From: an uncultured Actinomycetota bacterium
Lineage (GTDB): Bacteria > Actinomycetota > Actinomycetes > JAFAQI01
Reading direction: 5' to 3'
Length of the DNA: 64,000 nucleotides
Assembly (NCBI GenBank): GCA_963835405.1
Contig: CAWIFV010000013.1
Location: 78,271 to 142,270 of the forward strand
The notes under the pieces were generated by a model. The model worked only from the letters and a program-made list of their open reading frames with translations. It had not been told where the DNA came from and did not search any database. This document shows, in pieces, positions 30,140 to 40,010 of this stretch. The position numbers were made by a program, and so were the translations under genes. Numbering within the stretch: the stretch's first letter is position 1; the number at the start of each line of letters is the position of its first letter.

Positions 30140-30747
30140 GGAGCCGCCTCGTCCGGGGGCGCGGGGCCCGCGTCCGCCTCCGCCGCCTGCTCCGCGGTCG
30201 CGGGTACGTCGGCGGCGTCGCGTGGCGCGCGGCGCGACGCCGGGGCGCCGCCCGCCTCCTTCGCCGGCTCCGCGTTCTCGTCGTCCGCCGGTGGTGCGGG
30301 CACGGTCCACATCCAGTCGCGCAGCCGGTCGCGCTCGTGGGTGAGGCCGAGGATGTCGTCGTCGGCGTACTCGAACTCCGGCGACCAGAACAGCGCGTCG
30401 AACGGGCACACGTCGATGCAGATGCCGCAGTACATGCACAGCGCGTAGTCGATGGCGAAGCGGTCCAGCACGTTGCGCGTGCGCGGCCGCGCCCCCTCCG
30501 ACGCCGGCGGCATCGTCTCCTTGTGGGAGTCGATGTAGATGCACCAGTCCGGGCACTCCCGCGCGCACAGCATGCACACGGTGCAGTTCTCCTCGAGCAA
30601 GGCGATGACGCCGCGGCTGCGCGGCGGCAGCTCGGGCCGCTGGTGCGGGTACTCCTGGGTGACCGAGGGCTGCGTCATCGTGCGCAGCGTCACCGCCAGC
30701 CCCTGCACCAGCCCCTTGCCGGGCACCTTCCGCTTCTCCTCGCTCAC
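30136..30747 (-). CDS. nuoI: NuoI, 2x[4Fe-4S] ferredoxin subunit (second set)
   Basis: ORF track. Two CxxCxxCxxxCP motifs ([24 protein letters not shown]). Confidence 0.85.
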   Translation of the reverse strand: MSEEKRKVPGKGLVQGLAVTLRTMTQPSVTQEYPHQRPELPPRSRGVIALLEENCTVCMLCARECPDWCIYIDSHKETMPPASEGARPRTRNVLDRFAIDYALCMYCGICIDVCPFDALFWSPEFEYADDDILGLTHERDRLRDWMWTVPAPPADDENAEPAKEAGGAPASRRAPRDAADVPATAEQAAEADAGPAPPDEAAP

Positions 30748-30793
30748 CCGTCCACCTCACTGCGGGGGTACCGGCTCCGCCGGCTTCGCCGGA

Positions 30794-31750
30794 TCACGTT
30801 GTTACCCGGACGACGCCGGTCAGGGCGATCTGCGCGAGCGCGGCCGGCACCAGCGCCGCCCAGGCGAACTTCTGCAGCTGGTCGGCCCGCAGCCGTGGAT
30901 AGCTCACCCGCAGCCAGATGACGACGAAGGCGAGGAGGAACGTCTTGATCAGGAGCCACAGCCAGCCGAGCTCGTGCTCCAGGAACGGCCCCTTCCAGCC
31001 GCCGAGGAACAGCACCGCCGTGAGCGCGGAGAAGACGACGATGCCGGCGTACTCGGAGAGGATGAACAGCCCGAACCGCAGCCCGGTGTACTCGGTGAAC
31101 GGGCCGAACACGATCTCGCTGTCGGCCACGGGCATGTCGAACGGCGGCCGGCGCAGCTCGGCCAGCGCCGCCGTGAAGAACACCACGGCGCCGACCCCCT
31201 GGTAGGGCAGCCACCACCACCGCCAGGCGTGCGCGATGCCGTCGAGCGACAGCGTTCCGGCCGCCATCGCGACGCTTGCCGCCGCGAGGACGAGCGGCAG
31301 CTCGTAGGCCATCAGCTGCGCGCCGGCACGCAGCCCGCCGAGCAGCGAGTACTTGTTCGCGCTCGACCAGCCGGCCATGAGCACGCCGATGACACCGACG
31401 CTGACGACCGCGAGCGCGAAGAAGACGCCGACCGACAGGTCGTGGGCGCTCTGCCCCGGCCCGACCGGGATCGTGATCAGCACGAACAGGTAGGGAAGGA
31501 GAGCGACGGCGGGCGCGAGCTCGAACACCCGGCGGTCGGCCCGCGCGGGGACGACGGCCTCCTTCTGGGCGAACTTCACCCCGTCCGCGACGAGCTGGGC
31601 CCAGCCGTGGAAGCCGCCGGCGTACATCGGTCCCAGGCGGGACTGCATGTGGGCCATCGCCTTGTGCTCGAGCTGCCCGACGAGCAGCGGCACGGTGAGG
31701 AAGACGAGCAGGCAGCCGAGGAGCTTGCCCACCACCTCGAGCGCGGTCAT
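30794..31750 (-). CDS. nuoH: NuoH (second set)
   Basis: Start [17 protein letters not shown] overlaps the nuoC2 stop (ATGA). 318 aa polytopic. Confidence 0.8.
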   Translation of the reverse strand: MTALEVVGKLLGCLLVFLTVPLLVGQLEHKAMAHMQSRLGPMYAGGFHGWAQLVADGVKFAQKEAVVPARADRRVFELAPAVALLPYLFVLITIPVGPGQSAHDLSVGVFFALAVVSVGVIGVLMAGWSSANKYSLLGGLRAGAQLMAYELPLVLAAASVAMAAGTLSLDGIAHAWRWWWLPYQGVGAVVFFTAALAELRRPPFDMPVADSEIVFGPFTEYTGLRFGLFILSEYAGIVVFSALTAVLFLGGWKGPFLEHELGWLWLLIKTFLLAFVVIWLRVSYPRLRADQLQKFAWAALVPAALAQIALTGVVRVTT

Positions 31751-32341
31751 CCGCCCGACTCCGGGCCCCACTCGTCCGGCGCCGGTACGCCGGGCGGCAG
31801 CATCCGGCGCCGGCCCGGTGCGGCGGCTTCGGTGTCGTGGTCGGACTCCCCCGGCTCCTTCGCTCCCGGCCAGGCCTTGGCGACCCGCGACGCGAGCACG
31901 AACTCCTTGCGGAGCGGATGCCCCTCGAAGCCGTCCGGCAGCAGCAGGGGGACGAGGTTGGGGTGGCCGTCGAAGACCACACCGAACATCTCGAACGTCT
32001 CCCGCTCGTGCCAGTTGGCCCCGGCCCAGACGCCGGACAGGGTCGCCAGCCGCGCCACCGTCACGGTCGACGGACGTCCGCAGCCGCAGGTGGTGGCGGT
32101 ACCGGTGCGACCAGACGTGCGCGACGACCGCGAGCCGGGCCGGGCCGTCGGCAACCGTCGCGTCGTACGCCGACAGCCAGTCGAAGTACGTGCACGCGAT
32201 GCGGTCGTCGTCCCGGGCGACGGTTGCGGCCTCGACCCACCGGTCCGGTGAGACGTCGACGGTCAGCTGGCCGAACGTCACCTCGACGGTCGCGCCTTCG
32301 ACGGCGGCCGCCACGACGTCCGCGAGGTCCTCAACGGCCAT
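31747..32341 (-). CDS. nuoC: NuoC 30-kDa subunit (second set); net 1-bp frameshift near 32100-32150
   Basis: N-terminus [30 protein letters not shown]...YFDWLSAYD is in one frame. The signature [38 protein letters not shown] is in ORF 31747..32154. The span is 595 nt, not a multiple of 3. It is only about 198 aa, so it is not NuoD and not a NuoCD fusion. Confidence 0.7.
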
Positions 32342-32855
32342 CGCGGGCTCCCGGCGGCCGGACCAGCGGCGCTCGCAGCGCCTCGGCCCCGACCGAGCGG
32401 ATGTGGTGCGCCGGGGTGCGGTAGCGGTCCGCGAGGGACTCGCGACCGATCTTCTCCTGCAGCCGCAGGATGCCGTGCAACAACGCCTCCGGCCGCGGCG
32501 GGCACCCGGGCACGTAGACGTCGACCGGGATGATCTGGTCGACACCCTTGGTCACGCAGTAGGAGTCCCAGTAGGGACCACCGCAGTTGCTGCACGACCC
32601 GAAGGAGATGACGTACTTCGGCTCCGGCATCTGCTCGTAGAGCCGCTTGATCGCCGGCGCCATCTTGTCGGTCACGGTGCCGGAGACGACCATGAGGTCG
32701 GCCTGGCGCGGGCCCGGAGCAAACGGGATGACACCGAGCCGGATGAAGTCGTGCCGGGCCATGGACGTCGCAATGAACTCGATCGCGCAGCACGCGAGGC
32801 CGAAGTTGAACACCCACAGGCTGTAGCGGCGGCCCCAGTTGAGGACGAAGCGCAT
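32331..32855 (-). CDS. nuoB: NuoB, [4Fe-4S] N2 subunit (second set); start may lie somewhat upstream
   Basis: [27 protein letters not shown]...[10 protein letters not shown]...[11 protein letters not shown] carries the four conserved Cys. Confidence 0.8.
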   Translation of the reverse strand: MRFVLNWGRRYSLWVFNFGLACCAIEFIATSMARHDFIRLGVIPFAPGPRQADLMVVSGTVTDKMAPAIKRLYEQMPEPKYVISFGSCSNCGGPYWDSYCVTKGVDQIIPVDVYVPGCPPRPEALLHGILRLQEKIGRESLADRYRTPAHHIRSVGAEALRAPLVRPPGARDGR

Positions 32856-32926
32856 CGGCGCGGGGGCCAGCCGGCTCGCCGTCCCCAGGCCCTCGATCCG
32901 CACGTCGGTCGGGCCACGGCCGAGGC

Positions 32927-33298
32927 TCAGACCCACGTCAGCACGCCCTTCCGCCAGGCGTAGAGCAGGCCGACCGCGAGGAACCCGAGAAAGACGAACA
33001 TCTCCGCCAGCGACAGGGCGCCGTAACCGGGGAGGGCGAACACCGTCGCCCACGGGAAGAGGAAGACCGCGTCGACCGCGAAGACGACGTACAGGAAGGC
33101 GTAGACGTAGTAGCGGACCTGCGACTGCGACCAGTCGACCCCGACCGGGTCCACGCCCGACTCGTAGGTCAGCAGCTTCTCCGGCGTGGACCGCCAGGGG
33201 CGGAGCATCCGGTTGGCGCCCAGCCCGACCACGACGAACCCCACCCCGAGCACGCCCAGCAGGGCCACGAGGGCGTAGCCACCGAAGTACCCGCCCAC
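32927..33298 (-). CDS. nuoA: NuoA (second set)
   Basis: GTG start with a GAAGGGGA RBS. ...[29 protein letters not shown]...[22 protein letters not shown]. Confidence 0.7.
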   Translation of the reverse strand: MGGYFGGYALVALLGVLGVGFVVVGLGANRMLRPWRSTPEKLLTYESGVDPVGVDWSQSQVRYYVYAFLYVVFAVDAVFLFPWATVFALPGYGALSLAEMFVFLGFLAVGLLYAWRKGVLTWV

Positions 33299-33389
33299 GA
33301 TGTCCCCTTCGCCGGTGTGCAGATAGGGCCATTCGACCCTCCCGGGGGAGCCTATTGAACGTAGACTTGGCGGCAAGGAGGGGCTGCTA

Positions 33390-35303
33390 GTGGCCAGCAA
33401 GGAAGTTCGTCAGCAAGACCGGGTGATCATCCGCTTCGCTGGCGACTCCGGCGACGGCATGCAGCTCACCGGTGACCGTTTCACCTCGGAGACGGCGGAG
33501 TTCGGCAACGACATCTCGACGTTGCCAGACTTCCCGGCGGAGATCCGGGCTCCGGCAGGGACCTTGCCGGGGGTGTCGGCGTTCCAGCTGCAGTTCGCCT
33601 CGCACGAGGTGATGACGCCCGGCGACGCGCCGGACGTGCTGGTGGCGATGAACCCGGCGGCGTTGAAGGCGAACCTCGCGGACGTGCCCGCCGGCGGCGA
33701 CCTGATCGTGAACACGGACGAGTTCACCAAACGGAACCTCGCGAAGGTCGGCTATGCGGCGAACCCGCTGGAGGACGGCTCGCTGGAGTCGTTCCGGGTG
33801 CATGCGATCCCACTCACCTCGCTGACCGTCAAGGCGCTCGAGGGGTTCGAGATCACGCGCAAGGACGCGGAGCGGGCGAAGAACATGTTCGCGCTGGGGC
33901 TGCTGTCGTGGCTCTACAGCCGCCCGACCGAGACGACGCTGGCGTTCCTGGAGCGCAAGTTCGCCGACTCGCCGGAGCTCGCGCGGGCCAACGTGACCGC
34001 GTTCACCACCGGCTGGAACTTCGGTGAGACGACCGAGGCCTTCGCCGTGCAGTACGAGGTCAGCCCGGCGGTGATGCCGGCCGGGCTCTACCGCAACATC
34101 ACCGGGAACACCGCGCTGGCCTACGGGCTGCTCGCGGCGAGCGTGCAGTCGCGGCTGCCGCTGTTCCTCGGCTCCTACCCGATCACCCCGGCCTCGGACG
34201 TGCTGCACGAGCTGGCCAAGCACAAGCGGTTCGGGGTGCGCACGTTCCAGGCCGAGGACGAGATCGCCGGGGTGGGCGCGGCGCTGGGAGCGGCGTTCGG
34301 TGGCTCGCTGGGCGTGACGACGACATCCGGGCCGGGCGTGGACCTCAAGAGCGAGACGATCGGCCTGGCCGTCGCCCTGGAGCTGCCGCTGGTGGTGTGT
34401 GACATCCAGCGGGCCGGGCCGTCGACGGGGATGCCGACCAAGGCCGAGCAGTCCGACCTGCTGCTGGCGATGTTCGGCCGGCACGGCGAGGCGCCGGTGC
34501 CGATCGTGGCGCCACGGTCCCCCTCGGACTGCTTCGACGCGGCGATCGAGGCGGTGCGGATCGCCGTCACCTACCGCACACCGGTCTTCCTGCTCTCCGA
34601 CGCCTACCTGGCGAACGGCTCGGAGCCGTGGCTGGTGCCCGACGTCGACACCCTGCCCGGCATCGACGTGACCTTCACCACCGAGCCCAACCACGTCGAC
34701 GCCGACGGCAAGCCCGAGTTCTGGCCGTACCTGCGGGACCCGGCGACGCTGGCCCGGCCGTGGGCGCTGCCGGGTACGGCGGGCCTCGAGCACCGCATCG
34801 GCGGCATCGAGAAGGCCGACGGGTCGGGCAACATCTCCTACGACCCGAGCAACCACGACACGATGGTCCGGCTGCGGCAGGCGAAGATCGACGGGATCGC
34901 CGGCGACATCGCCCCGCTGCAGGTGGACGACCCCGACGGCGACGCCGACGTCCTCGTGCTCGGCTGGGGGTCGACGTACGGGCCGATCGGCGCAGCGGTC
35001 CTCGCGGTGCGCGCCGACGGCGGCAAGGTCGCGCACGCGCACCTGCGCCACCTCAACCCGTTCCCGGCCAACACCGCCGACGTGCTGGCGCGCTACCGGC
35101 GGGTGCTGGTGCCGGAGATGAACCTCGGCCAGCTGGCCCTGCTCATCCGCGCCCGGTTCCTCGTCGACGCGATCTCCTTCACCCAGGTGCGCGGCATGCC
35201 GTTCCGGGCCGCCGAGCTCGCCGCCACGATCCGCCACGTGGTCGACGCCGGGCCGGACGACATCGACAACCGGGCACACCAGACCGAAGGAGCGTCGGCG
35301 TGA
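33390..35303 (+). CDS. korA: 2-oxoglutarate:ferredoxin oxidoreductase subunit alpha (KorA)
   Basis: ORF track, 637 aa. Starts GTG after an AAGGAGG RBS. Fused pyruvate:ferredoxin-oxidoreductase-like gamma and alpha domains, as in mycobacterial KorA. Confidence 0.9.
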   Translation: MASKEVRQQDRVIIRFAGDSGDGMQLTGDRFTSETAEFGNDISTLPDFPAEIRAPAGTLPGVSAFQLQFASHEVMTPGDAPDVLVAMNPAALKANLADVPAGGDLIVNTDEFTKRNLAKVGYAANPLEDGSLESFRVHAIPLTSLTVKALEGFEITRKDAERAKNMFALGLLSWLYSRPTETTLAFLERKFADSPELARANVTAFTTGWNFGETTEAFAVQYEVSPAVMPAGLYRNITGNTALAYGLLAASVQSRLPLFLGSYPITPASDVLHELAKHKRFGVRTFQAEDEIAGVGAALGAAFGGSLGVTTTSGPGVDLKSETIGLAVALELPLVVCDIQRAGPSTGMPTKAEQSDLLLAMFGRHGEAPVPIVAPRSPSDCFDAAIEAVRIAVTYRTPVFLLSDAYLANGSEPWLVPDVDTLPGIDVTFTTEPNHVDADGKPEFWPYLRDPATLARPWALPGTAGLEHRIGGIEKADGSGNISYDPSNHDTMVRLRQAKIDGIAGDIAPLQVDDPDGDADVLVLGWGSTYGPIGAAVLAVRADGGKVAHAHLRHLNPFPANTADVLARYRRVLVPEMNLGQLALLIRARFLVDAISFTQVRGMPFRAAELAATIRHVVDAGPDDIDNRAHQTEGASA

Positions 35304-36379
35304 CCGCCCCGGCGCGCGGCGGTCGCCGCGGCCTCGACCTGGTGCCGGCCACCGACGCCCCCGCGTCGAAGAAGGACTACACCTCCGACCAGGAGGTCCG
35401 CTGGTGCCCCGGCTGCGGGGACTACGCGATCCTCGCGGCGGTCCAGTCCTTCTTGCCCGAGCTCGGGCTCAAGCGGGAGAACATCGTCTGCATCTCCGGG
35501 ATCGGCTGCGCCGCCCGCTTCCCCTACTACCTCAACACCTACGGCATCCACTCCATCCACGGCCGGGCGCCCGCCATCGCGACCGGGCTCGCCACCGCCC
35601 GCCCCGACCTGTCGGTGTGGGTGATCGGCGGTGACGGCGACTTCACCTCGATCGGCGGCAACCACCTCATCCACGCCCTACGGCGCAACGTCAACCTCAA
35701 GCTGCTGCTGTTCAACAACCGCATCTACGGGCTGACCAAGGGCCAGTACTCGCCCACCTCCGAAGTCGGCAAGGTGACGAAGTCGACCCCGGTCGGCTCG
35801 GTGGACACGCCGTTCAACCCGGTGTCGCTCGCTCTCGGCGCCGAGGCGACCTTCGTCGCCCGCACCATCGACTCCGACCGCAAGCACCTAACCGCCGTCC
35901 TGCGCGCCGCCGCCGAGCATCGCGGTGCCGCGTTCGTCGAGATCCTGCAGAACTGCGACATCTTCAACGACGGCGCCTTCGACCTGCTCAAGAAGCCGGA
36001 CACCCGCGACACCGCAGTCGTTCGCCTCGAGCAGGACCAGCCCGTCCGGTTCGGCCCGCCCGCCGACGACGGCGCCGGCCAGAAGGGCGTCCGGCTGTCC
36101 CCGCGCGGAGGCCTCGAGGTCGTCGACGTCGACGCGGGCAACCGCGACGAGATGCTCGTCCACGACGCGCGGCACGACGAACCCTCGCTCGCCTTCATGC
36201 TCTCCCGGCTCGGCAACGTCGACGACGGTGTCACCCCCATCGGCGTCTTCCGGGCCGTCGAGCGACCCACCTACGACGACGAGGTCAACCACCAGCTCGA
36301 CGCGGCCGTCGCCGCCCAGGGCCGCGGCGACCTCGCCGCACTCTTCGCCTCCGGCGACACCTGGACCATCGGGCGCTGA
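35300..36379 (+). CDS. korB: 2-oxoglutarate:ferredoxin oxidoreductase subunit beta (KorB), TPP-binding
   Basis: GTG start overlaps the korA stop. CPGCGDY...GIGC... and GDGD TPP motif. Confidence 0.9.
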   Translation: MTAPARGGRRGLDLVPATDAPASKKDYTSDQEVRWCPGCGDYAILAAVQSFLPELGLKRENIVCISGIGCAARFPYYLNTYGIHSIHGRAPAIATGLATARPDLSVWVIGGDGDFTSIGGNHLIHALRRNVNLKLLLFNNRIYGLTKGQYSPTSEVGKVTKSTPVGSVDTPFNPVSLALGAEATFVARTIDSDRKHLTAVLRAAAEHRGAAFVEILQNCDIFNDGAFDLLKKPDTRDTAVVRLEQDQPVRFGPPADDGAGQKGVRLSPRGGLEVVDVDAGNRDEMLVHDARHDEPSLAFMLSRLGNVDDGVTPIGVFRAVERPTYDDEVNHQLDAAVAAQGRGDLAALFASGDTWTIGR

Positions 36380-36473
36380 CCCGCTCCACTCCCGAAAATG
36401 TTCGGTTTCGGCCGTCACCGGACACCCCGTCCCTCGTTGAACCGGGCGCGGGGGAGGCGAGAGGAGCGAACGC

Positions 36474-37124
36474 ATGGAGCGCACACCTCGGCGACGGCTG
36501 CACCGCAGCGCCGCCGTCTCGATGACCACCGTCGTGCTGTGCCTGGCCGGCGCCGGCCCTGCCCTGGCCGACGGCATCGACCTGCCGCTGCCGTCACCGT
36601 CACCGACGGTGACCGAGGCCACCGACCTGCCCCCGCTGCCGGAGCCCCTCCAGGACACCGTCGACCAGGCGTCCCAGACCCTCGGGATCGACGACGCCAC
36701 CGACGACTCGCAGCCGAAGCACCACCGGCAGAAGGTGACCGACAGCGCGCCGACCGTCACCGTGGACGTGTCGACATCAGCGCCCGCGCCCTCGGACCGG
36801 CCGGACAAGCACCGCTCCGCCCCAGCCGTCCCGGCTTCCCCCCAGCCGGTGACCGTGCCCGTCGGCGCCTGGCCGGGCCTGCGTACCGTGCCGGTCCAGT
36901 CGGCGCCGGTGACGGACGAACCGCCGGCGATCGCCCCGGCGCAGTCCGCCCCCACCACCACCGTCTATGACGCGGCCGCCTCGCTGCCCGCGCCGATCGA
37001 CCCGCGGGGCTGGGACCCGCGCATGACCATGGCGATCCTCGGGACCCTGCTCGTGGGCCTGCTGGCCGCCTTCCACCTCCGGCTCGCGCAGATCCGGGTC
37101 GGGGGCGGGCTCCTCCTCGGCTGA
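36474..37124 (+). CDS. Hypothetical Pro-rich secreted or membrane-anchored protein
   Basis: ORF track. Signal-peptide-like N-terminus (TTVVLCLAGAGPALA), Pro-rich repeats, C-terminal hydrophobic segment. Confidence 0.4.
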   Translation: MERTPRRRLHRSAAVSMTTVVLCLAGAGPALADGIDLPLPSPSPTVTEATDLPPLPEPLQDTVDQASQTLGIDDATDDSQPKHHRQKVTDSAPTVTVDVSTSAPAPSDRPDKHRSAPAVPASPQPVTVPVGAWPGLRTVPVQSAPVTDEPPAIAPAQSAPTTTVYDAAASLPAPIDPRGWDPRMTMAILGTLLVGLLAAFHLRLAQIRVGGGLLLG

Positions 37125-37128
37125 GCGG

Positions 37129-37749
37129 TCAGCGCCCGCCCGCAAGCTCCCGGGCGCGCCGCAGGTCGTCCCCGGTCGCGCAGTCGACGTAGGGGACGTC
37201 CGTGGGCACGAGGTCGACCGCGGTCCGGCTCCACACGACCTCGTAGAGCCCGCTCGGCACCGCGGCCAGCGTGCGGGCAGTCGCCCCGGGCAGCAGCGAC
37301 AGCCCGGCGAAGCGCCAGCGGTCCTCGAAGTCCGGGCGGTCGCGGTCGGCGACGACGAGCAGCCGGGGCCGCTCGCGGTCCCACTGCCGAACGAACCCGA
37401 CCACGTCCACGTCGCCGCCGTACCAGACGTCCCCATTGGCGATCAGCACGTCGCGCCCGGCCAGCCACGGCCGCAGCCGGCCGATCGCTCCGGCCGTGCC
37501 CAACGCCTCCGGCTCCTCGACCGACACGTGCGCCCGCCCGGCCACGTGTGCCACGACCTGCTCGGCCAGCCAGTGCGCGTTCACCGCGACCGTGGCCGGC
37601 GTCACCGCCACCACCCGCGCGACCCGTGCGAGGGCGGCGTCGAGCAGCGTCGTGCCGCCGACCGGGAGCAGCGGCTTGGGGGTGCTGTCGGTCAGAGGTC
37701 GCAGCCGGTTGCCCCGTCCCGCGGCGAGCACGACCGCCGCGAGGCTCAC
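37129..37749 (-). CDS. Sugar-phosphate nucleotidyltransferase (NTP_transferase family, MurU / mannose-1-P guanylyltransferase-like)
   Basis: ORF track. N-terminal motif AAVVLAAGRGNRLRPLTDSTPKPLLPVGG. Confidence 0.7.
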   Translation of the reverse strand: MSLAAVVLAAGRGNRLRPLTDSTPKPLLPVGGTTLLDAALARVARVVAVTPATVAVNAHWLAEQVVAHVAGRAHVSVEEPEALGTAGAIGRLRPWLAGRDVLIANGDVWYGGDVDVVGFVRQWDRERPRLLVVADRDRPDFEDRWRFAGLSLLPGATARTLAAVPSGLYEVVWSRTAVDLVPTDVPYVDCATGDDLRRARELAGGR

Positions 37750-38204
37750 AACAGCCGGACCCCCCGCAGGATGTCCGCGGTCGGCTCGCTCAACTCGGGC
37801 AGGCCGTCCAGAGGAAACCAGCCGCTCCGCCGCACCTCCACGTCGTCCTCCGCCAGCAGCCGGGCGTCGGGCGGCGCGTCGACGAAGAAGACCACGTCGA
37901 CGCGCCGGACGACCGCGTCCACGGCCGCGTAAGGGACCGGCAGCGCGCGCGGATCCAGGCGGATGCCGAGCTCCTCGCGGATCTCGCGGACGAGGGCCAC
38001 TGCCGGGTTCTCGCCCCGCCCCAGCAACCCGCCCGGCAACGCCCAGCCCAGGCTGTGCCGCTGCTCGACCAGCACGAGGTGACCGTCCGCCCGACGGAGC
38101 ACCGCGACCGCCCCGACCGTGAACGACGGCGTCGCGGCGTGCACGACCGACCGGCGCATCGGTCCGGGCATCCGACGAAAGACCGCCATCGCGGACTTCT
38201 TCAC
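37746..38204 (-). CDS. NUDIX hydrolase
   Basis: ORF track. NUDIX box GGLLGRGENPAVALVREIREELGI. Its 4-nt overlap with the nucleotidyltransferase start suggests an operon. Confidence 0.75.
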   Translation of the reverse strand: MKKSAMAVFRRMPGPMRRSVVHAATPSFTVGAVAVLRRADGHLVLVEQRHSLGWALPGGLLGRGENPAVALVREIREELGIRLDPRALPVPYAAVDAVVRRVDVVFFVDAPPDARLLAEDDVEVRRSGWFPLDGLPELSEPTADILRGVRLL

Positions 38205-38242
38205 CGCGTCAGCGTATGCGGGCCCGCTGATAGCGTCCGACC

Positions 38243-40010
38243 GTGGCGCGTCCGGTGCTCGTCGGCAACTGCTCGGGCTTCTACGGCGACCGGTTCGCCG
38301 CGATGCGGGAGATGCTCGACGGCGGCGACCTCGACGTTCTCACCGGTGACTACCTCGCCGAGCTGACCATGCTCATCCTGTTCCGCAGCAAGGCGAAGAG
38401 CCCGGACCGCGGGTACGCCACCTCCTTCGTCCGCCAGCTGGAGGAGTGCCTGGGCCTCGCCTGGGAGAAGGGGGTCCGCATCGTCGCCAACGCAGGTGGG
38501 CTCAACCCGGCCGCCTGCGCGGCAGCGGTGCGCGAGCTGGCCTCCCGGCTCGGGCTGCGGGTCAACGTCGCCCACGTCGAGGGCGACGACCTCATGGACC
38601 GCATCGGCGACCTGCGGGGTCCGGACGGCTCCGGACTGGCCAACCTCGACACCGGCGCCCCGCTGTCGCGCGAGCCGTTGACCGCCAACGCCTACCTCGG
38701 CGGCTGGGGCATCGCCACCGCCCTGGAGGCGGGCGCGCAGGTCGTCGTGACCGGCCGGGTCACCGACGCGGCCCTCGTCATCGGGTCGGCTGCGTGGTGG
38801 CACGGGTGGGCACGGGAGGACTGGGACGCCCTCGCCGGCGCCCTGGTCACCGGGCACATCCTCGAGTGCGGCGCGCAGGCGACCGGTGGCAACTACTCGT
38901 TCTTCACCGAGGTCCCCGGCGGGGAGCACCTCGGCTTCCCGCTCGCCGAGATCGCCTCCGACGGCAGCAGCGTCATCACCAAGCACCCGGGCAGCGGTGG
39001 CACCGTGACCGTCGGGACGGTCACGGCCCAGCTGCTCTACGAGATCGGCCCGCCCCGCTATCTCAACCCGGACGTGAGCGCGGACTTCTCGACCATCCGC
39101 CTCGAGCAGCAGGCGCCGGACCGGGTGCTCGTCGAGCGGGGTGCGGGGCAGCCCGCCGCCGCCCACGACCAAGGTGTGTCTCAACCTGCTCGGTGGCTTC
39201 CGGAACTCCATGACGTTCCTGCTGACCGGTCTCGACATCGAGGCCAAGGCCGACCTGGTCCGCCGCCAGCTCGCCCCCGCCCTCGCCGGTCTCGACTCGG
39301 TCACCTGGTCGCTCGCCCGCACCGACCGGGACGACCCGGAGACCAACGAGGCGGCGGTCGCGTCGCTGCGGGTCACCGTGAAGGACCCGGACGGCAAGCG
39401 CATCGGGCGGCCGTTCTCCTCGGCCGCGGTCGAGCTGGCGCTCGCGTCGTACCCGGGCGCCACGCTGACCTCGCCGCCCGGCGAGGCGAGCATGTACGGC
39501 GTCTACTGGCCCGCGGCTGTCGGCAACGACGTGGTCGAGCACGTCGTCGTCCTCGAGGACGGCCGTCGGGTCCCGGTCGAGCCACCGGCGACCACGGCGC
39601 CGGCGAGCCGGCTCCGGCCGCCCTTGACCGGCCCGCCCGCCCCCGGTGCACCCCCGGCCGGGGGCACGCTGCGGGCGCCGCTGGGCACGCTGGTCGGCGC
39701 ACGCAGCGGGGACAAGGGCGGCAACGCGAACGTCGGCGTGTGGGCTCGGACCGAGGACGCCTATCGATGGCTGTCCCGGGGACTGACGGTGGAGCGGTTC
39801 CAGGAGCTGCTCCCCGAGACCAAGGAGCTGCGGGTGGAGCGGCACGACCTCCCCAACCTGCTCGCGCTGAACTTCGTGGTCCACGGACTGCTCGGGGAGG
39901 GCGTGGCAGCCGGGACCAGGCAGGACCCTCAGGCGAAGGGGCTGGGCGAGTGGCTCCGTGCCAGGCACGTCCAGATCCCGCTCGCCCTGCTGGAGGAGGA
40001 GGGCGTGTGA
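38243..40010 (+). CDS. AtuA-like acyclic-terpene-utilisation family protein (DUF1446); 1-bp frameshift near 39150-39175
   Basis: N-terminal part is ORF 38243.. (MARPVLVGNCSGFYGDRFAAMREMLDGGDLDVLTGDYLAELTM...). C-terminal part is ORF 39141..40010 (PPPTTKVCLNLLGGFRNSMTF...). The span is 1768 nt, not a multiple of 3. Confidence 0.7.

Noticed and set aside
25859-31205. Very long plus-strand ORFs (25859..27463, 27703..29547, 30539..32251) antisense to nuo2
   Set aside because: Same reason. They are low-complexity translations opposite intact, translationally coupled nuo genes.
31747-32545. Search for a hidden nuoD in other frames between nuoB2 and nuoH2
   Set aside because: The other frames (ORFs 32278..32817, 31837..32424 and others) are junk. 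The interval is only long enough for NuoC.
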